A DNA stretch of 64,000 nucleotides from Babesia bigemina (taxonomy: Eukaryota): contig NC_027220.1 of the NCBI RefSeq assembly GCF_000981445.1, forward strand, positions 1-64,000, read 5' to 3'. Both the position numbers and the translations under genes were made by a program. Shown one piece after another: positions 47,221-61,300 of this stretch. The notes below the pieces were generated by a model that was given only the letters and a program-made list of their open reading frames with translations, had not been told where the DNA came from and did no database searches. The first letter of the stretch is position 1. Each line of letters opens with the position of its first letter.

Positions 47221-49672
47221 ATGTATGCTACTCTGAGTGGCGCTTTGCGTTCAGATAGTTTCGGCGTGTCGCGCTATGTGCGCCGTCTGTCGACGATGGG
47301 TGTCAATCCGTTCGAATCGCTTCGCAAGCGTCTAGGCGTGACGCCGAAGCAGTACTTCGCGTTGCGCGAGCTGAACGACCCGCGGTTGCTGGAGCTGCCG
47401 TATTCCATCCGCATCTTGCTCGAATCTGCCGTCCGCAACTGCGATGAGTACTCGACGACCAAGGCTCACGTGGAGAGCATCCTCGGGTGGAGCGAGACCT
47501 CCACCAAGCAGACGGAGATCCCGTTCGTGCCAGCGCGCGTGCTGCTTCAGGACTTCACGTGAGTTTTTGTGTCCATTCGTGTGACATCCTTTCAGTGGCG
47601 TGCCTACGATCGTTGACCTTGCGGCGATGCGTGAGTTCGTGGCGAGCACTGGTAAGGACCCCAAATCCATCAACCCTTTGGTGCCAGTCGATCTGGTCAT
47701 TGACCACTCCGTCCAGGTGGACTTCAGCCGCGACTCCGCTGCGCTCAAGCTGAACCAGGAGACCGAGATGAACAGGAACTCTGAGCGTTTCCGCTTTTTG
47801 AAGTGGGGCGCGCAGACCTTCGAGAACACGCTCATCATCCCCCCCGGCTCCGGTATCGTCCACCAGGTATGCCGCGTTTTCACCGTGTTGCCCATATGCG
47901 TTTTCAGGTGAACTTGGAATTTTTGGCTCGTTCGATTTTCGACCGGGATGGGCTGCTTTACCCCGATTCCGTGGTGGGCACCGACTCCCACACCACCATG
48001 ATAAACGGTTTGGGCGTTCTCGGTTGGGGAGTTGGCGGCATCGAGGCCGAGGCCACCATGCTTGGCCAGCCCATCTCCATGGTGCTGCCCCAGGTAGTCG
48101 GTTTCGAGCTTGTGGGCAAGCCCGCGCCGGATGTGTTCTCCACCGACATTGTTTTGGCGATAACGTCTGTGCTGCGTTCCGGCGCTGGCGTGGTCGGGAA
48201 GTTCGTGGAGTTCGTCGGCGAGGGTGTGCAGCACCTGTCGCTGGCCGACCGTGCCACGATTGCCAACATGGCTCCCGAGTACGGTGCGACCATGGGTTTC
48301 TTCCCCATCGACGGGCTCACGCTCGAGTACCTGACCCAAACGGGTCGCCCGGCCGAGAAGGTCGAGCTGTTGGACATGTACGCCAGGGAGAACATGCTGC
48401 ATGCCGGCGTTGGCGACAGCTCGCGCATCAAGTACTCCTCCGTGGTGCGTCTCGACTTGAGCACCTTGCGCCCATCGATTGCCGGGCCTAAACGCCCGCA
48501 GGACAACATCCTGGTCGCCAGCGTGAAGGAGAAGTTCGGCGACCTGTTGACCGCTAAGGACGGGAAGGGCTACGGTGTGGAGGGTGGTTCGCGTGCGAGC
48601 GAGTTCAGCTTCAAGGGCCGTAACTACACGCTCGACCACGGCTCTGTTGTCATTGCGAGCATCACGTCGTGCACCAACACCAGCAACCCTAGTGTGATGT
48701 TGGCTGCCGGCATGTTGGCGAAGAACGCCGTGGAGCACGGTTTGGAGGTTGCCCCCTACATCAAGACCTCCCTGTCGCCGGGTTCGAAGACGGTTACCCG
48801 CTACCTTGAGCTGAGCGGTTTGATCGAGTCGTTCGAGAAGCTGGGTTTCTACAACGCCGGCTACGGGTGCATGACGTGCATCGGGAACAGTGGCGAGCTG
48901 GACCCCGAGGTCGCCGAGTGCATCAGCGAGAACGGGTTGGTGGTGTGCTCCGTGCTCTCCGGTAACCGCAACTTCGAGGGCCGCGTGCACCCCCACACGC
49001 GTGCCAACTTCCTGGCGTCGCCTCCGTTGGTGATCGCGTACGCCCTGGCCGGCCGCATGAACATCGACCTCGTGAACGAGCCCCTGGGAGTGAGCTGCAA
49101 GACCGGCCAGCCCGTTTTCTTCCGCGACCTGCTTCCTTCTAAATCTGAGATCGCGAGCTTCGAGCAGCGCTTCCTGAAGCCGGAGCTGTTCAAGGAGGTG
49201 TACGCGAACATCACCCACGGCAGCGACGCGTGGCGCGCACTGGAGGCCCCTCGTGCCGAGCTGTACCCATGGGACCCGTCGTCCACTTACATCCACCACC
49301 CTCCGTATTTCCAGAACATGGACGCGCCTCGCGAGAGCAGCATCACCGACGCACGCGTTCTGCTGCTGCTGGGCGACTCCATCACCACCGACCACATTTC
49401 CCCCGCCGGGAACATCGCGAGAACGTCCGCTGCTGCGCAGTTCTTGCTTTCGCGCGGCGTGGAGGCCAAGGACTTCAACTCTTACGGCTCCCGTCGTGGT
49501 AACGACGAGGTGATGGTGCGCGGGACGTTCGCGAACATCCGCCTGTCGAACCTGCTGTGCCCCAACCAGGGCCCGAAGACCGTGCACCACCCGAGTGGCG
49601 AGGTGATGAGCGTGTTCGACGCGTCTGAGCGTTACCGCGCTGAGGGTACGAGTTTGGTGGTGGTTGCTGGCA

Positions 49673-49706
<34 letters not shown>

Positions 49707-50067
49707 TGCCAAGGGCCCCGCGCTTCTGGGCGTGCGCGCCATCATCGCCGAGTCGTTCGAGCGCATCCACCGCACCAACCTGGTCGGGTGCGGCATTCTG
49801 CCGCTGCAGTTCCTTCCAGGCGAGAGCGCCTCATCGCTGGGCATCACAGGTAGGTCGCCCGTTTTTTGTTGACATTGCGTCGCAGGCCGCGAGAAGTTCA
49901 CCATCGCCGACATCGACCGCGTGACCCCCGGTTGCCTCGTACGCGTGTCGTGCGACAGCGGCCTCGCCTTCGACGTGCGGTGCCGCATCGACACTGCCCT
50001 GGAGCAGCAGTACTTCGCGCACGGCGGCATTCTACAATACGTGCTTCGCCGCATCTGCGGTAACTGA
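47221..50067 (+). CDS. Aconitate hydratase (AcnA/IRP-like), organelle-targeted; 4 exons
   Basis: Motifs [91 protein letters not shown] and [13 protein letters not shown]. The N-terminal extension is presequence-like. Confidence 0.97.
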
Positions 50068-50127
50068 GGTGTGACCGAACACAGACTAATTTTTACTATA
50101 CAGTTGGGAGTAATGGCATGGGCTATT

Positions 50128-52171
50128 TTACTTGTTGATTATCTCGACGATGGCGTCCACGGAGCTGCTCAGATTGTTCTGTAGGTAGTCCGCCGCTGCG
50201 GCGAATGTGGTGTCCACCCACTCCTTGTCCGTCTTGCCGTGCTTGCACCCGCGGACGTAGGGCAGATGGATGCGGTGGTACTTCTCCGGGTGCTCTTCGA
50301 ACAGCTGCGTCATGTGCGACTGCTCGATTTTGTCGGAGGTGGTGCCGGTGTTCAGGACTATCTGCCACGTGTTGCTGTCGCGCATCTTCACCTGCATGCC
50401 GTTTTCCCTGGTGCTTCCAAGCGACAAGAATATTTCCAGAGTTTCCTGCGAACGTGTGTTTCGGGTGCAATATTTAACTTACGTCGATAAGCGTCCGCAG
50501 CGTGTAGCCGTACAGGTCGCCGACCTCGTGCAGGGCGACGAGCGACGGGTTGACTGACACGAACTTGCCGTCGGCGAACTGCACCTCACTATCGATCTTG
50601 CAGCCTATTTCCTTGAGGTATGCGGTGGTGGGCCCCCTGCACGGACATATGAGAGGATTCATTACCGGGACTTACTTGATGTACGTCGGCATCGCGGTGG
50701 TGGCCCATCCCGCAAGCCACATGGGCGCGAGCGCCGTCTTGGCGTACGGCCCGCGCGTGTTGGTGTAGTTTCTGAACATGAACAGCTCTTGCTCCTTGTT
50801 CTTGAGTTGCGTCGAGGTGAGCATGCACAGGGGCCTGGCCTTTGAGCACATGAAGTCGGTGCCCAGTATGTCAATCCACACTTTGGCGTACTGGCTGCTG
50901 CTGAGGTGGTCGAAAATGAGTCCGTAGGCGAGCGAGTGCGGCCACTTGAACAGTTGTGACAGGATGCTCTGCCACTGTAACTTGAGTTCCTTGGCCGAGT
51001 ACCCCTTGAGCAGGCAGAGCGCGAGCAGCGCTCCTGACCCCGTGGCACATATGACATCGAAGTAGTCTGCTATGTTGCACGGTTCCCCTTTGATTGCGCT
51101 GATGCGCGTCTCAAGGGTGTACAGCGTCTCCAGAACCGTGGTGCCGAGGTTCTCGCAGCTGTCCAGGGAGAGCACGCGCAGTCGCACCTTGGGCGTGATA
51201 CTGAGCGGCACCGCCGAGCACCAGCCTCCGTACACGATCTTGTACAACAAGGACGGATTAAAGTTGAGCGGGTTGTGTGTGATGGAGAACTCGGCGATCG
51301 AGTCGTCGGACGCGCAGATGAGTACGATCTTCGTCGTCGCTGCGACCGTGACGGAGCCCTCGTTGGTCAGGCAGAAGCTGTCATCCCCGAATATGTCGTG
51401 CGGGACGAAGGATACCTCCGTGCCCGACTCTGGTGGCGCGTTTCCTTGGATTCTGACTTCTTCTCTTTTGCGGTTGCAGTCTATTATCTTGTATGTGAAC
51501 TTAACTCTGGCCAGGTAGATATCCTGCTTCGTCTTCTTTTCTGCGGCCTTCGGATTCCTCAGGAATATGGTGTAGAACCCGCGTTTTTTCAACGGAACGT
51601 GTTCGCTATCCGTGCCATACACCGTGCCCTTGATGGTATTTTCGTCGTTCTTGGAGCTGTCATCAGAGTCCATGTAATCCGCCCACATATCATACAACAC
51701 TTCGGGTCTATTTTCGCTTTCTTCCGTGTTGTCGCCCCTGTAACCGTTTGATCTGTTGGTTCTTGCGTACGCCGTGAAGGCCGTGACGATGTTCTTCTTC
51801 CAACTCGATCGCCCCTTCCTCTCCGCTTCTCCAAAGCTGTACCTCCCGAAAGGGTCGACTTCGACCGCCGCTTCATCCTCCGAGGTCGGCGGAGATACTC
51901 TGCTGTGCCTCTGGACTATTTTGGACGGCTTGTACACTATTGCCTGTGTGATGTCTGCGCGTTCCTCCTTAGCCGGCAGCCTTTGGGGACTGTCCGGCGG
52001 CGAAGACTCATTTGCACTGCACGCCGACTCGTACACTTCCTCGTATTCGCTATTGGTGTCGACGTTAGAAGACTCTCCGCTACACAAGTGGTCTACACAG
52101 TCCAGATGCCTCATGTAGAGCTTGTCGTAGAGACTGGATGTCAGTCGCTTCCTACTTACCTTAGTCACCAT
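50128..52171 (-). CDS. Patatin-like phospholipase-domain protein, probably catalytically inactive; 3 exons
   Basis: Patatin scaffold motifs 'LRVLSLD', 'IADYFDVICATGSG', 'LFMFRNY', 'ATTAMPTY', 'FADGKFVSVNP' and 'VSLGS', with an acidic N-terminal extension. Confidence 0.8.
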
Positions 52172-52503
52172 CGTAAGAGTTCGTTTGCAATCGAGATGCG
52201 TTTGCGTTTCCGGCAGGGTTTATAATGAGTTACTCCTCTTGGCGCTTGAGCGCCGCGCGCCGTATGAGGATCGGCCCCCATCCTTTAGGTCACGTGTCTG
52301 CATTAGGCGCCGTGGACACATCCGCCCCTGTTTACGTTCATTGTGTGCGGAATCTAGTCCAGTTGTGGCCCTAGTTCGGCGTGTACTGCCGACTTAAGCG
52401 CGTTGTGACGCGCCCATCTGACGCGCGCCCCTTTATTGGCGCGTGCGCGTTAAAGCGGTTACGGGCGCCGGCACCTACTCTATTTGTCTAACTGTGGCTG
52501 AAG

Positions 52504-53126
52504 ATGCCTATCTTCTATCGCATCCCTCAGGCGTTCCGCCGCAGCTCCGTGGTCCGCGCCGCCTTCACGAATTGTCTGCGCGGCAATTTCGAGCCCAAAG
52601 CGTTCACTGGCTGCGCTGCGTTGCGCGCGATGTCGTCCATGTGCGCTCCCGTCTCGGAGTCGCCGGTTTACCGCGACATGATCGAGCGCGCGAAGACTGC
52701 CTACGGCGGCAGCAGCGAGGTCGACAGCGCCATGTCTGATATGCTGTCGTCGCGCCGGCTGGTGCTGTTCATGGAGGGGTCTCTGGACCACCCGAAGTCG
52801 CTGTGCGCGGGCAACCTAAGCAGGATCTTCAGTGGACTGCAGGTCACCGGTCTGTACACCGTGGACCTGCTGCGCGAGCCCGAGATTCTGGGTTTCCTCT
52901 GCACCCATCTGTGAGTGGCTTCGCCTACTTAGTCTCATGTGTTTTCAGGGGCGAGAGCGTGCGCAACGTGCTGTTCAAGGACGGCGCGCCTGCACTGGAC
53001 TACGACCAGATCGTGGAGCTGTTCCAGAAGGGAACGCTGCTGCAGGCGCTTGAGGTGACGCCCAAACCATCTGAGCCTGGCGTGCACAAGCGCTTCCGCG
53101 GGCTGCTCCCCATTGCTAACTACTGA
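52504..53126 (+). CDS. Monothiol glutaredoxin-like (Grx5 fold) protein, mitochondrial-type presequence; 2 exons
   Basis: 'RLVLFMEGSLDHPKSLCAG' (cf. VVLFMKG.P..PqCGFS) and 'YTVDLLREPEI'. The intron is at ~52911-52948. Confidence 0.7.
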
Positions 53127-53202
53127 GGTAATGCATTACACAAGTTTTCAAAAGTCGCGTCGCTTCTGAGCCGCGTCTCTGTGGTTGTGCGATTCCGCCC
53201 AC

Positions 53203-54598
53203 TCAGAAGGCCACTTGCTGATCTTGCTTGGGTTCGGGCTGCGGCGGCAGCAGGTGCATCATGAAGCCGAATCTGTATACGTTGTTCCAGTAGTCGATGC
53301 ATCCGCTGACTCCGAATCCTGCAGTGTCGTGTGTCGGCAATGCGCGTCGCTTACCTGAGTAGTCCTGCGCTTGCATCGCAATGCGCCCACATGAATCGAT
53401 GTTGCCCTGTACTCGCGCGTGGCGGAATAGGTACTCCCAGCCCTGCATCTTATTTGAGTGACATTGGGTTTTGGGTTCGTACCATGCGCAGCGCCGACTC
53501 CCTCGTGGCCGGCGTTACTTCCAGCTCAGTGGCGAGTGCCAGTCGCTCGTTGACGCGCCTGACGTACTGCACCCTCGCCGTGTCCGTATCCTGCATGGTG
53601 AAGTCCATGCTCTTGAAGTTGGGCTGCTTCGTCCACTGGCCTGCGCGCTGATGAGGTGGCCTGTCTGCGAGCTCACATGTGACGATGTGGTCTCCATCCA
53701 CGTATCTCGCTGCGATTGCTCCTATGGATGAGCTGTTGGCGACCTTCACGGGTTTTGAGAGGTTTCGGTGCGTGCAACTCACGATGTAAGTAAGTTCCGA
53801 TCCAAGCGTCAACTTCGGCATTACCTGCTGCGTGTATGCGGCGTTCAGTATCCAGGTGCCTGCACATTTTGGGGCCCATGCCAACCGTCACCAACCTTGC
53901 CATGCCGCCTTGAGTGAGGCCGTCCAACCTCGCCCCATGTAGTCGACGCCGGCCTCGTAGGCGTTGCGCGGGTCGTATTTGAGGAAGCTGTTGCCGTTGA
54001 GCTTGACTTCGATGTTGTCCCCGTGCTTCGCGAACGCCCTGGCCGTGATTATGCCGTCAAGGCCGATTTTGGCCAAGGCGAGGAGGTTGCCGTCTGGGCT
54101 CGCATAGTTCGCGCCTATCTGGTAGAGGTACCCAACATCGCTCATGACTGTCCCCAGGAATAGGGAATGGCTGGCCTGGATGTTGTCCGTGATCTGCCTG
54201 TCCGCCTCCAGTCTGAACCCGTCGTAGTTGTCCTGCGTCATAACGTTCTTGAACTCTCTGGCCAGGTTTTCGAATACGAGCAGGTCGTATGGCGAGGGCG
54301 CCGGAGGCTGTTCCGGCGTGGACGGCTGCTCGTCACAGTGTGCCGTCCTGGACAGCATCATGAAGTGCGAGGGGAGCAGAGCCGAGGCGATCGTCCTTGA
54401 TGCGTTCACCCTTTTCTTCCACGAGGCGAGCGCCGCTGTGCAGTACCTGTTAGCGGCGGTGAAGTACCCGGAGTCTGCGCGGCAGGTGGCTGCTACAGGT
54501 TGCCTCATATCAGCCGCGCCTCTCCTGCCTTTGTCGTCAGGGGTCACCCGGGGCAGAAGCGCCCCGCACCTTCCGCCAAACACGCGTAGGAAGCTCAT
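53203..54598 (-). CDS. TOM40: Mitochondrial outer-membrane import channel Tom40, multi-exon
   Basis: 'FENLAREFKNVMTQDNYDGFRLE', 'IQASHSLFLG', 'YQIGANY', 'YVRRVNERLALATELE', 'GWEYLFRHARVQGNIDSCGRI' and 'DYWNNVYRFGF' form the Tom40 beta-barrel pattern. Confidence 0.9.
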
Positions 54599-55149
54599 GG
54601 CGCCAGGTTGTGACAGTCAGCTCACGCCTGCGGTACGAGCAGCTGTATTAGCCTTGGAAGTTTCGTGTAGCCCGTTTCGGCTTTGACCTCGGGGAGATGC
54701 GTCCCGAGCAGCTACGATCGGTGTAGAGGCTTCCTCTCGGAATCTTCTGAGCTCCGTTGGTCAGATTCCTAGGCCACTGAATAAATAGGTAGCTGATTAG
54801 CTTTGTATGCGTCGCTTTGGTCTCGCGGCGATGGCTGATCTCCCCATCTGCCGCCGGTCGTCAACACCGCGTCACCCCCCGCATATCAATAGGAAGGAAG
54901 CTACACAGCGGCTTATTCGCGATTTACAGATGTGTGTAGAACGGATGTGTACGTTTACCGCTTGCGATTGCCCGTTGCAAATTGCCACTTGGTTTTCGGC
55001 AATCAGCGACAATTGTGCGCGCAATTCCTGGCTATTTAGCGCACTATTCGCGCGTATAACGTCGCACACTGACATCGTAACCGGTGTAGCACACCACTAT
55101 AGGCTTCACGTAAGTGATTTACGATATTGACACGTGTCGTGGCATGCGG

Positions 55150-57534
55150 TCATCTCAGCGCCTTCAATACCGCCTTGTAGGCGTCGATTGGGATCGACAC
55201 GTTTCCGACCTCTGCCATGAACTTCTTGCCCTGCGACAATCGGTGTATCTCGAACTGCGCAGCCTACCTTGGCCTGGTTGTCTAGCAATTTCTTCTTGCG
55301 TGAGGGGTCCCCGCCGCTGCACCTTTCCGTGACGTTTTTGCGCATGGCCGGTATGCTGACGGACGCTATGACCCGTTTCCCTATCGCCGCTTGTAGGTGT
55401 ATTTTGAACTGCTTGGGCGGTATCACTTCGCGGAGCGTTTCCACCAGCAGTTTGCCTGTGGTCGGTGAGGTGCCTTTCCGTGTGGCCAACCTGAATCGTA
55501 AGCCTTGTCCTTGGCGACGATCATCGCCAGCCCCGGGGCCTCCTCTCCGTTGATGATCACCCGTATCTTGCAGAGGTCGATTGCGCGGTAGAAGGCGCCC
55601 TCGTAGTCGAACGAGCCGAAGCCGTTGGTGATGGACTTGAGGTTGTCGAAGAAGGTTGATATGATCTCGATCATGGGTACGGCATACTCGAGCACAACGG
55701 ACTTGCCTCCGGCGAATTCGTTTTTGGTCTTGAACTCAGCTCGCATCTGGTGCAGGAGGCTCATGACCTTGCGTTGGCAGCTGGGCAGTTGTTAGTGCAT
55801 CGGGCGTTGTGAACCTACTCTCCGGGTACCCTCACGGTGACGTTGGTCCAGGGCTCCTCCGCGAGCTTCACCAGGCCGTCATCAGGCCAGTGTGCTGCAT
55901 CGCTGACGACCACCTGCTTGCCGTTTTTGAGGTGGCATCGGTATGGCACCGACGGTGAGGTGACCACGACGCCGACGTCGTGCTCGCGCTGGAGGCGCTG
56001 CACGGTGACGTCGAGGTGCAGCAACCCGTTGAATCCGCACATGAACCCGTGCCCCGCTATGCTGGACTCGCTGGCTTCAAAAACAAGCGAGTGGTCGTTC
56101 AGCTTGAGCTTGTCCAGCGCTGCGCTGAGCTGCAGGTAGTCCGTGCCGTCGCAGGGGTAGAGCCCGGCGAACACGGAGGGCTTCGCCGCCTCGAAGGCCA
56201 CTATGGGCTCGACATCTCCACTTTTGGCGGCTGCCTTGAGGACGACAGTGTCTCCCACCGCCACCCTGCTGGGGTCCTTGGTGTTGCAGCAGAACCAGCC
56301 CACCTCCCCCGACCTGCAAGCAGTGTCCGGTAGAATGCGCTGTCCCCACCTGAGTGTCTCGCGTTCCCGCAGGTCTGGCATCATTACGCCTACAGCAGTG
56401 ACCTTCGCCTCCAGTTCGTGCCCCAGGAATACCACCTCGTCCAGTTTTTTGACGCTCCCGTCGACGACCTGCCACCGTTGTGGCGCTTACATGTTCACCT
56501 ACCCTCACGTAGCTGACCACGCCCCGGTGCGGGTCGTACTGGCTGTCGAACACGAGCGCTCTGAAGGGCTTTTCCGTGTCGATTTTCGGCGGCGGCACCC
56601 GCTCTACTACCGCATCGAGGATATCCGTGATCCCGAACCCCTCCTTCGCGGAGGCCATGAGTATCTCGTCCTCTGTGAAATTGAAGAGCGACTTGAGGTC
56701 CGACGCGGTCGCATCGTAGTCGCAGAACTCTACGTCGATTTTGTTGACGATGGGTATGAGCTTGAGCCCCTTTTCTATTGCGATCATGGACGTGGTGACC
56801 GTCTGCGCTTGTATGCCCTTGGTGCCGTCAACGACGAGCAAGGCGCCCTCGCACGCCGCGATTGACCTCCTGGCTTCATGGTTGAAGTCGATGTGCCTGC
56901 GTGACGTGGTCGCGCGTCCTACATCGCCCTTACCCCGGCGTGTCGATGAGGTTGAGCTTGTACGTCTTCCCGTCCTTGGGGTAGGTGTAGTTGATGAGCG
57001 CGCTCTGGAGCTTGATCGTGATTCCGCGCTCGCGCTCGAGCTCCATGTTGTCGAGGTACTGGTCCTGTATTTCGTGCGGCTGCACTGCGGCGCATGTGGA
57101 CAAGTGCACGGCGCTCACTCACCCGCCTTGGTTAGCTCCAGGAATCTGTCCGCGAGCGTGGACTTGCCGTGGTCAACATGGGCTATGATGCAGAAATTGC
57201 GCATGCGGCTGCCGCAGTACTCCTCCTCCGGCGCCTGGTCCTCAAGTTGGTCCGCCTCGTGAGTTGCATCGGGATCGTCCGTGCCGCCTTCCGCGGTCGC
57301 GGCGTAAAGCACGGCCCGCCGACCGTACAAGCCGCTGACGGCCCTCCGAGGGGGCGCAAACGGCGCAAACCCACTGAGGGTGAACGCCGGCCCGATGTCA
57401 TTGCGATAAGAGATACCGTTCGTCCCTGTATTTTGGGCGAAGGCTGCGATGGTGAGGTTACGGTGGAACGATGCGGCGGCAGCCCAGCCCAGGCACACGA
57501 GCATGCCCAGGCCGACCACGGCACCCACGGTCAT
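55150..57534 (-). CDS. lepA: Translation factor LepA/GUF1 (EF-4), bipartite leader suggests apicoplast; multi-exon
   Basis: [60 protein letters not shown] and [22 protein letters not shown] signal peptide and a basic/Ala-rich transit-like region lie upstream. Confidence 0.93.
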
Positions 57535-58343
57535 CAATCACTAGGCGTATGCTACCGGCTGCCGCCTATACGGTTGCTCGGACGTGCTGCGAGTGACCGC
57601 CGCATGACTCTGGGCTCAGCGTTGCAGTCAATACACGCGGTAAGACAGGATACATACACCGTAAATCCGCGTCATGGACGCTGGTTTGAATAAAGTAGCG
57701 CCACCGGCAATGCGGTCAGTGTGGCGGCTAATCGACTCCCGGATTGCCGGCCGGACTCGGCGCGCGCTCTGTGGGCTGCGGCTGCCACAGCCGTCTGTGT
57801 ATAATTCAGGTTTCCAACTTATACAGTTATACGCGACGGCTGCGGCACACTGGCGGCCGATTTGCAGCATTCGGCTGCTTGTTAGCACGACCGAATGTGT
57901 GTCTACGAAAGCGAACTCTATGGCAATGTAGCAAAACGCCACACTATGCACTGAATGTATAGGTTTGGTAGACTGTATGTGTGCTTTTGAGCATCGATTG
58001 CCGCTGAACGGTCATGTTGTGGCTCGCCATGTGTGTCGTGTGTGTAACGTACACATCTGTGCGGCTTGTGATTCCTGCTGCCGATCAGTGGCCGTTGTCG
58101 GCACTGGCGCGTCTTTACACCGGTCATATTATGTCAAACTGTGTTTGACAGCAGCATCTGGGTTTCCGTGAGACCACTCACGCCGCTCTCACCTACCCAG
58201 AAAGGAGATGTTTGGGCTGGGCATCAACATTTGATCACAGCATCGCCGTTACTGCTAATTTGCACACCGCGATGACCGCACGCCCATAGGCGTCAAATCG
58301 ACCGCCATTCTCGTCTGTGTATCACAGCATCTACGAATCGCGC

Positions 58344-61300
58344 ATGATGAAGGCGTTTTGGGCGTCCTTAGCGCAGTTTGCAGCGCTCACCCTGCTGCTA
58401 TGGCAGGTTGAATGCTTGAGGGTAAGTTATAGCTCGATGTGTTGCGTGCACCCGTTCCATGATGTTTGCCGCTCCACTCATTTTGTTGCAGAGCCCGAGT
58501 ACACCTGGGGGTAAGGATTTAGCCATTCCGCACGCTACCGCCACGCGTAGGGACGCAACTAATCTCTGTTGCAGGTGTACCTGTCGAAGAAGGGGATGAT
58601 GAATTGCCCGTGTTCGACTTGACGGTTCCGGTGATTGAGGCTCCGCCGCAGAATTACCGTCCGATAGAATTCTTCTACCCCGACACTCTGTTGGGCACTT
58701 TGATGCGTGGCTATTGCAACAAGGATTCGGATATAGGAGCTCAGTTTGCGTGCAACCCGGACTCAAAGACATGCAAGTGCTACAGCGGGAAGCAGGTTGC
58801 TCCAGACTCGATTTTGTGGCAGGACCAAAAGAAAGTGGCCTTCAAGCACACGTTGTTAGGAGTGCCATACAAGCTTAGGAGCAATTTAATGAAGTACAAC
58901 ATGTTGTCGCTGCGTAGCTTGGGCCGTGTTCCGAATATGAATTATCCACAGTTTGCTTTAGAGACCGCTGATGGAACGCCTGTATCGGAAGATACGGTTC
59001 GTAAGACTGTGCAGGATTACAAGTCTACTGCGATGCGTGGCCAGAGTAAAACGAAGATAGGCGACGTTCTCAAAGCGTATATGCATGATCCTGTGTGTAC
59101 GCTGAGATCCAGCGTGTACTTCCTGCATGGTGCACCGCCCACGTCGTCACACGAGGGCGCCAAGCCCTATGACCTGTTAAACCAACGGCTGCATGACATG
59201 GAATCTGCTGCGAAAGCCTACGGTAAAAGCGGCAGCCCCGGTGCAAGTGCTTTGGGAGGTCAAGGTCCCACTGGGCCGTCCCTTCTTGATCTTATACCTC
59301 GATACGAGCTTTCAAGATCCCTTAGAAAGAGACGAAGGTATCTTGGTGTCAACAATGGACAAACACGTGTTCTGGACGATAGGTTTTATGTGAAACTCAT
59401 GGGGGATAAGGATGTTTCCGATGTAGGTTCAACTGTTACGGACCCTAATAAGGATGCTAACAAGACAGCATTATATAAGCGTTACGCCACCGGTGCGGAT
59501 GAGTTCCCTCCTGCAGAGGAATTGGGTTTGGGGCGTAGGGTGAAGTGGAGCACTGTAACCCCTGATAACCGCCCGGACGCAAAATACGACCGCATTGATC
59601 GCTGCTACTTCCACGATATCCTCAAAGAGAGGCACGACATAGACCTCGGTATAGAAGGATGCGTATCTCAGGTGTCCTCACGTTGCAACCATACCCCAGA
59701 CGGCCTTTTATGCCACCCGTTCGTTCAAACTAGGTTCTACGCGCCTTTGAGGAAGCAGTTTTACCTGGATATTGAGCACTTCACGTTTTCCGCGGCATTC
59801 GGCGTCTATTTGGGCCCTGAAAAGGTGCTCTGTGGATCGCCGGCGTCGATAAAGAACGGCGTGCACTACATGTACAACCCTGAGAGATCCGGTTTGCCCA
59901 TCCTTGAGGAGTTTACGATGGACGACCAGCGGTTTTTCAAAGTGGGCCCGTTCCAGGCTGTGGAGAAGTCGGGCAAGTACAAGATCTGCGCTTGTGTTAG
60001 CAGCCACGGCGAGGACGATGTGAAGACCTGCTTGCAATTCTCCGAATACACTAGTGTGCTAGGTCAAGTGATTTTCTCTACAAGTTCGCTTACCCTGGTA
60101 TCGTCGAACGTCGCGGCGGGCAGCAATGGCGAGGCAGATTTACGCAACAAAGTCGGGCTGCTTGTCGACGCTGAGTCGAACTTCGAGAGCTGCGCTTCAC
60201 TGTTCGACGCGTACAAGGTTGACTGGACGGTGCCCTCTGTGACGAAGCTTCCTAGTTATAATCGCTACATGCGCGTGATTCGATCGGATGGTTCGGCATC
60301 TACCGCAATCCATTTTCCGAAGCCAGGAAAGTATCGCTTATGCTTGATCAACAATAATACTGGTGAAGTGGTGGAGCATTACAAATCTTTCATCATGGAA
60401 GGTATCCGTGACGATGCCAGCGCTGTGATCTACCGTGATTCGTCTGGCCGGTTGGCAGGCAGCTCTTTGATATTTGAACGATACGGCGAGGAACCTTCGG
60501 ATCGCGGGTTCTTTTATCTTGCAGACTCCGAAACGGATTGCACTGCGAAGGTCGTGGGTCGCTGGTCGGGCGCCATGCATCCCTACTACACTAGTAACAG
60601 CAATAAAATCCCGGCTCGTTGGGTAGTACGCGATCTGCAGGTTGATTTGGGGGAATCAACGCCGCGTCCGAATTACGCCATCTGTGTAAAGTATCCTAGA
60701 AATTCGAAGGCACTCCGGATCGGTTCCGCTCGCGTGCAGAACCATGTCGATGTGGACGAGAGATTTTTAATTGGCACGCCGTACCACGTGAAGAACATAC
60801 CGGATGATATATACAATTACCAGCTGGGCAGGGATTCCGACTTTGTCTTCACCTTGCTGACCGCATTGTCCTTTAAAGACAAACCAAAATATAAAGAATT
60901 CAGCGAGGCGTTTAAGGGCAACGGCAAGTACTACCACGGCATTTTGGGCAATTCGCGTTCCCTTATGCTGCACTGCCGTGTATACACCAAAAACGATCTC
61001 ATCACGCTGTGGCTGATGTCTGACGAGGATCCCACTCTTTATCCGCTCTTCACCGTTGTTTACGCACGCCCACGTTCGGTGGTGGTGGGTCAAACGGGTG
61101 GTAAATTGTACATTTATGTCTTGACGGACACTACGCTGGCAAGGCATTTGCTCACCGACCTGTATCAACCCCACAAAACCCGTAAAACGCTGGCCGAACT
61201 AACGCATGGCGGCAGTATACTTCATATGGATGTTATACAGTTGCCGACGAAAACGATGCTAGTGGCTGTGGATGCGAAGTATAGCCGTTTGTTACTTTAC

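Noticed and set aside
47332..49770. 812-aa minus-strand ORF
   Set aside because: It is the antisense shadow of the high-GC3 aconitase gene and has no recognisable motifs.
47221..54598. Aconitase, Grx-like and Tom40 as a mitochondrial/Fe-S gene cluster
   Set aside because: Orientations are mixed and unrelated genes are interspersed, so chance adjacency in a compact genome is sufficient.
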